Below are positions 59,883 to 64,000 of a stretch of DNA of 64,000 nt, piece by piece (the stretch's first letter is position 1; the number at the start of each line of letters is the position of its first letter). The stretch covers positions 1 through 64,000 of the IMG/VR virus record IMGVR_UViG_3300031578_000009. One strand, written 5' to 3'. The notes beneath the pieces were generated by a model. That model was not told the origin of the DNA and did not search any database. It worked only from the letters and a program-made list of their open reading frames with translations. Source of the DNA: a virus. Both the position numbers and the translations under genes were made by a program.

Positions 59883-59908
59883 ATATATTTGTTTTTAATT
59901 GTTTCTAA

Positions 59909-60418
59909 TTATAATTCGCCATATTCTACATAAACTTTTGGTTCATCTACTTCATCTTCTTTAGTGAACGCATTATCAGGAAATTCTGCAAAATCATCTC
60001 TTGTTAAGCTTCCTGGGTATGAATCATTAAGAATAATCAAATACGCATAGTCTGCTTTAACATCTGGTACTTTTAATAAGAATTCCCTACCATTGTATAA
60101 TTCAACTCCATATTCCTTAATTATTCTGTCTGCGAATTTAGAATTTGAGAAACTATTATCTAAGTTAATTTTTGCATCATTCTGAGTTTCTACACCAGTT
60201 GTATTAGCAATAAATAATAATTCATTTAATGGACCATAACTAATCATTTTACCAGTTATTTGAGAATTACTATAATTTAATAATTCAGCAGCTTTTTGAT
60301 TAATTTGCCATTTTTTAGTTTTACCATCAGAACTACCAATATATGTTAATACTGGTAAATCTGGATATTTGTCTACTTTTTCTTCTTTTTGTTTCTTAAA
60401 ACTGAAATTTAATTCCAT
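59909..60418 (-). CDS. Hypothetical protein
   Basis: 169 aa between the AAA ATPase and SSB-like genes. Confidence 0.55.
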   Translation of the reverse strand: MELNFSFKKQKEEKVDKYPDLPVLTYIGSSDGKTKKWQINQKAAELLNYSNSQITGKMISYGPLNELLFIANTTGVETQNDAKINLDNSFSNSKFADRIIKEYGVELYNGREFLLKVPDVKADYAYLIILNDSYPGSLTRDDFAEFPDNAFTKEDEVDEPKVYVEYGEL

Positions 60419-60436
60419 ACTTTATTTTTTTAATTA

Positions 60437-60619
60437 TTATTCTTCAAAAATTACAAATTCATTCTCAATATCTACATCACTTATTTCTGGATATAATTCT
60501 CCACATTCTTCCATTCCTGGCCAATTGTCAACTCCAGCAGCTTCTAGTTCCATTAATGTAGTTTCACTGCTTAATAAATCCATTATCCTTTTTAAAGGAA
60601 CTTTTACATATCTATTCAT
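60437..60619 (-). CDS. Small hypothetical phage protein
   Basis: LEAAGVDNW.G motif. Confidence 0.6.
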   Translation of the reverse strand: MNRYVKVPLKRIMDLLSSETTLMELEAAGVDNWPGMEECGELYPEISDVDIENEFVIFEE

Positions 60620-60627
60620 ATTATTAT

Positions 60628-61419
60628 TTATTTTAAATATATTTTATCCCAATAAGTTTTAATAGATTTGTCTTCCATCTTTTCAGATATTAAAATACTT
60701 CCATCTAAATGGGGGCATCTTCCGCCACATACGACTTTGTATTCATTGTTATAACTTAAATAACCCTTACCATCCTCTCTATAAAAATGTCCAACTGCAT
60801 CAACTCTTGAGGAATAAATAGATTTAACTTTACCAGTTAAATTAATGTCAATTGATTCTACTGAATCTCCATTTCTTGATTCTACTAATTTATCCTTAAC
60901 ATGAGCTAATAATATAACATAAGTTACTTTATCTAATGATATCAATTCAAGTAATTTATCGTACCAAGTAGTCATTGCTTCTCTTGAGTGTTTATATCCA
61001 TATCCTTGACCTAAATCATGAACTGTTTCAAATTTTGGATCTGTATGATATATAACAGCACCAGTTTCAACTTCCCCAACTCTATTAAACTTCTTACCTT
61101 GAGGTTTATTCATATAATTATATGTACCAACAATTTCTGACCATTCATCAAGTTTTGTTACAGTATCTATAATTAAGAATTCACATACTTTTGTTTCAGA
61201 ATTCTTAATTAAATTCAATACTTCATTAAATTCTGAAGCTTTATATATTTCTTGAACTCTACCTTCAATATAATCAGCACCACCTGGTTCTAATTCTAAT
61301 ATAAGATGATTTTTTAATTGAGCAACAATATTTGTCTTTCCCGCCTTGGGTACAGAATATATCATATGCACTCTTGGATTAACAAACTTTTGCTTTCTTT
61401 CTTCTGTTACTAATTCCAT
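60628..61419 (-). CDS. AAA-family ATPase (AAA_24/Sak4-like)
   Basis: Walker A variant YSVPKAGKT, LELEPG, Walker B LIIDTVT, G.GY, LAHVKD, L.GK, DAVG. Confidence 0.8.
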   Translation of the reverse strand: MELVTEERKQKFVNPRVHMIYSVPKAGKTNIVAQLKNHLILELEPGGADYIEGRVQEIYKASEFNEVLNLIKNSETKVCEFLIIDTVTKLDEWSEIVGTYNYMNKPQGKKFNRVGEVETGAVIYHTDPKFETVHDLGQGYGYKHSREAMTTWYDKLLELISLDKVTYVILLAHVKDKLVESRNGDSVESIDINLTGKVKSIYSSRVDAVGHFYREDGKGYLSYNNEYKVVCGGRCPHLDGSILISEKMEDKSIKTYWDKIYLK

Positions 61420-61438
61420 ATTTTTATTTAAAATTTAT

Positions 61439-62740
61439 ATGACGGAGCGTAAAACCAACTCATTACGAAGTGTGGGTTGGATGTAAGCGACTCCTTTACA
61501 CTCACATTTTGACATTTTGTTTGTTTTGTATAAATTGGCATAATTTTTGTAATATATAAACTATGTTTAAATCGTTCAAATACAGAATTTACCCAACCGA
61601 GCCACAAAAAGAGCTTATTGCCAAACATATTGGTAGTAGTCGTTTTGTGTTTAATCTTGCGTTGGAAACTAAAAACGCTGCATATATTGGTAACAAACAT
61701 AACTACAGCCCTTTCGATTTAATTAAACAATTACCAGAACTTAAAAAAGAATGTCCTTGGCTAAAAGAAGTAAACTCACAAAGCTTACAACAATCTATAC
61801 AAAATATGGATATTGCTTTTAAGAAATTCTTTAAAGGAGCTGGTTTTCCAAAATTTAAGTCTAAAAGAGATAGACAATCTTTTTCAATACCACAAAATGT
61901 AATAGTTGAAAATAATCTTTTGATAATACCAAAGTTTAAAGAGGGTATTAAAATATTTTTACATAAACCTACACAAGGTATTGTAAAAAGTGGAACTATC
62001 AGTGTAACACCTACAGGTAAATACTTCGTGTCAATACTTTGTGATACTAAAGAAGATATGCCAATTAAGGTTTCTATTAATGAAAACACCACAATAGGTA
62101 TTGACCTTGGAATAAAAGACTTTGCCATTACCTCAGATGGAGAGGTATTTGATAATCCTAAATTTCTTCGTAAAGCACAAAGTAAATTAAAATATGTACA
62201 ACGTAAATACTCAAAACACAAAGGCAAGCGAACTAAAAAGAAACTTGCCAAATTACATGAAGATGTAGTAAACAAACGCAAAGATTTTTTACACAAAGTT
62301 TCAACTAAATTAATTCGTGAGAACCAAACGATAGCCCTTGAAACTTTAGCGGTTAAAAATATGGTTAAAAACCACAATTTAGCACAAGCAATTAATGATG
62401 TAAGTTGGTCAACTTTTGTTTCTATGTTGGAATATAAAGCTGGTTGGTATGGTAAAAATATCCTACGAATAGGACAATTTGCACCATCTTCAAAAACTTG
62501 TTCAAACTGTGGGGCTATCAACAATGAACTACAACTAAAAGACCGTGAATGGACTTGTGGCAGTTGTTCTACTGTTTTAGACCGAGATGTTAATGCTGCT
62601 TGTAACATAAAATCATTTGCTTTAAAAAATATTTTGTCTGGGGAACACAGACTTAAAAGTCAAGACGAACTGCCTACATTAGTAGGAGTAATGACTCTTG
62701 AAGCCAAACCCATCGCCTTTGGCGTGGGTGGGTAGTTCAC
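61439..62740 (+). mobile_element. Non-autonomous IS200/IS605-family element (tnpB only)
   Basis: Preceded by TTTAT (61434-61438); left-end hairpin CCAACTCA...TGGGTTGG; right-end hairpin ACCCATCGCC-TTT-GGCGTGGGT ending TTCAC (62740); opposite orientation to the flanking genes; no tnpA. Confidence 0.8.
61563..62735 (+). CDS. tnpB: RNA-guided endonuclease TnpB
   Basis: N-terminal FKYRIYP HTH; RuvC motifs GIDLG / IALETL / DRDVNAA; zinc finger CSNC...CGSC. Confidence 0.95.
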   Translation: MFKSFKYRIYPTEPQKELIAKHIGSSRFVFNLALETKNAAYIGNKHNYSPFDLIKQLPELKKECPWLKEVNSQSLQQSIQNMDIAFKKFFKGAGFPKFKSKRDRQSFSIPQNVIVENNLLIIPKFKEGIKIFLHKPTQGIVKSGTISVTPTGKYFVSILCDTKEDMPIKVSINENTTIGIDLGIKDFAITSDGEVFDNPKFLRKAQSKLKYVQRKYSKHKGKRTKKKLAKLHEDVVNKRKDFLHKVSTKLIRENQTIALETLAVKNMVKNHNLAQAINDVSWSTFVSMLEYKAGWYGKNILRIGQFAPSSKTCSNCGAINNELQLKDREWTCGSCSTVLDRDVNAACNIKSFALKNILSGEHRLKSQDELPTLVGVMTLEAKPIAFGVGG

Positions 62741-62760
62741 TCTTCTATTATTAAATTAAA
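62580..62760 (+). ncRNA. Predicted omega/reRNA overlapping the tnpB 3' end; guide from the flank (TCTTCTATTATTAAATT...)
   Basis: Established TnpB architecture plus the GC-rich right-end hairpins; the 5' boundary is approximate. Confidence 0.55.
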
Positions 62761-62835
62761 ATTATATATACTTTCTTCTATTAATTTGAACTGTTGTTCA
62801 ACCCATAAGTCATAATCATCCCAATCATTTGTCAT
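62737..62835 (-). CDS. 32-aa acidic peptide (not in ORF track)
   Basis: MTNDWDDYDLWVEQQFKLIEESIYNFNLIIEE*; start overlaps the upstream gene end; stop is supplied by the IS right end. Confidence 0.45.
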   Translation of the reverse strand: MTNDWDDYDLWVEQQFKLIEESIYNFNLIIEE

Positions 62836-63166
62836 ATGCTTCTAAATATTCGTTAAAATGTTTTTTACAAAACCAAACTTTTTCTCCATATAATTCTCCA
62901 CTATATTTAACTTTATTTCTACATGGTGAAAAATAGCATCTATGTTCTGGAACATTTAATCCTAATATTTTTGAATTATTATCAAATTTATCTAATAATT
63001 CATCTTTTATATTTAAGATAGTAGCCCATTCTTCTGTTTCAAATTCTGTTAATGCATCAAAATTAATTGGTTTTTGTATTCCAGAAAGAATATATTTAAA
63101 ATAATTTCTGTTTTGAGCTAATTTTTGCTTATTTGTCATATCCATACTTTTTACGTAAACTTTCAA
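62825..63166 (-). CDS. Hypothetical protein with a C-terminal Cys/His cluster
   Basis: C....C...CKKH; the real start is probably MDMTNK. Confidence 0.55.
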   Translation of the reverse strand: MKVYVKSMDMTNKQKLAQNRNYFKYILSGIQKPINFDALTEFETEEWATILNIKDELLDKFDNNSKILGLNVPEHRCYFSPCRNKVKYSGELYGEKVWFCKKHFNEYLEAYDK

Positions 63167-63362
63167 ATGCCTGATTTAACAATGCAAAATCTTTTTCTTC
63201 ATAAATAACCCTTAATCCACGTAAACTAATTCCATTAATATTCAAATCTATTATTGAATCTAAATAGTATTGAATAACTGGTAATCTATGTTTGGCTAAT
63301 TCTTCTGGATTATCAAACCAAGTATTATCTTTTAATTTTTTTACAAACTCTTGTCTATTCAT
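63129..63362 (-). CDS. Hypothetical protein
   Basis: 77-aa ORF in the operon. Confidence 0.55.
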   Translation of the reverse strand: MNRQEFVKKLKDNTWFDNPEELAKHRLPVIQYYLDSIIDLNINGISLRGLRVIYEEKDFALLNQAFESLRKKYGYDK

Positions 63363-63672
63363 GTTTTACATATATATCAGAATCATCCTCTTTCTTAAAT
63401 AATTTTACAAATTTATGTACATCTGAAGATCCAACATCTTGCAATTTTTCTGGGAATTCTTTTTTAAATGTATCTACCTATTTATTATGACCAATTATTG
63501 ATAATTCTTTAGTGTCATATAATTCCACTATAATCCAATTCCCATTATTATATTCTTTACTACATATTCCTGTTTCATATGGTTGATCGGAATCTGTTAC
63601 TAATGCAGTATCAATTGTTACTCCATTAATTACATCATTTGCAACAACTCTATCTTTATAAGTTCCCATCAT
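63355..63672 (-). pseudogene. 105-codon gene interrupted by an in-frame TAG at 63478-63480
   Basis: ...GHNK*VDTFKKEFPEKLQDV...YVKHE*; the frame continues 40 codons and ends overlapping the next ATG. Confidence 0.6.
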
Positions 63673-63742
63673 TTCTAATTATGTCGTTGTAAATCATAGT
63701 AATAATGTTATTTATTACACATTAATGATGTTTATACAATAG

Positions 63743-63898
63743 TTATGTGGCATTAGGCTTCGGTGTATTTATTTCACGCACCATTTCCATAATCTTTTCC
63801 ATAACCTTTGGCACATACTTTTCACTACAAGTTGTTTCTAACCTAATTCCTGCACGTAATAATGGTGCTTCTACTGTAATTTTATATTTATTGTTCAT
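63743..63898 (-). CDS. 51-aa hypothetical protein in a cassette-like unit (not in ORF track)
   Basis: MNNKYKITVEAPLLRAGIRLETTCSEKYVPKVMEKIMEMVREINTPKPNAT*; flanked by inverted GTTATGTGGC/GCCACATAAC. Confidence 0.55.
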   Translation of the reverse strand: MNNKYKITVEAPLLRAGIRLETTCSEKYVPKVMEKIMEMVREINTPKPNAT

Positions 63899-64000
63899 AA
63901 TTAATAACGCCACATAACAATTTATAAAAAATAATAGCAGGTTATGTGGTACTTGTTAGCTGCTACCGCTGTATTTAAGTTTGTAATTATTTCAAAGTGT

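Noticed and set aside
60436-60450. Possible second TnpB target (TTAT-TCTTCA)
   Set aside because: Only 5 nt match the guide and the TTTAT motif is imperfect; this is expected by chance.
61703-62608. 301-aa ORF antisense to tnpB (and the 90-aa ORF 61428-61700)
   Set aside because: These are shadow frames of a clear tnpB gene with no recognisable motifs.
1-64000. Genome-wide stop-codon reassignment as in some crAss-like phages
   Set aside because: Long genes are intact in the standard code, and TAG or TGA terminate the portal, muzzle, cargo and other genes at sensible positions.
1-64000. CRISPR array, tRNA genes, introns or inteins
   Set aside because: I saw no regularly spaced repeats, cloverleaf-like GC-rich segments or intein/homing-endonuclease motifs by eye. 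tRNAscan-SE and Infernal would be needed to exclude them formally.

Overview
This is a 64-kb AT-rich segment of a crAss-like (Crassvirales-type) podovirus genome, probably infecting Bacteroidota, with two convergent blocks that meet at a perfect 28-bp palindromic terminator (44793-44824). The plus strand (1-44760) carries the virion module: terminase 3' end, portal, putative scaffold, major capsid protein, ring/tail/fibre proteins, lysis cassette, IHF-like protein, tail tubular and muzzle proteins, ejected cargo proteins, a 3773-aa virion RNA polymerase (DFDVD motif) and a ferritin. Six Bacteroidota-type TTTG-N19/20-TAnnTTTG promoters punctuate this block. The minus strand (44827-64000) carries replication and accessory genes: RNA ligase, DUF5664/DUF1937, RusA-like resolvase, DUF932, 5'-3' exonuclease, primase, SSB-like protein and AAA ATPase. 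It is interrupted by a TnpB-only IS200/IS605 element. The most interesting feature is a compact operon directly downstream of the primase that appears to encode a complete phage-borne ubiquitin-like conjugation cascade: Ubl precursor, E2-like protein, JAB/JAMM peptidase and ThiF/E1. Also notable are stand-alone fragments of host replication proteins (DnaE C-terminus with a QLTLF clamp motif; DnaA domain IV), a circularly permuted FISUMP domain, an in-frame split cargo gene, a translationally silent IS insertion and an attC-like cassette at the right edge. All assignments come from motif recognition by eye; no searches were run.
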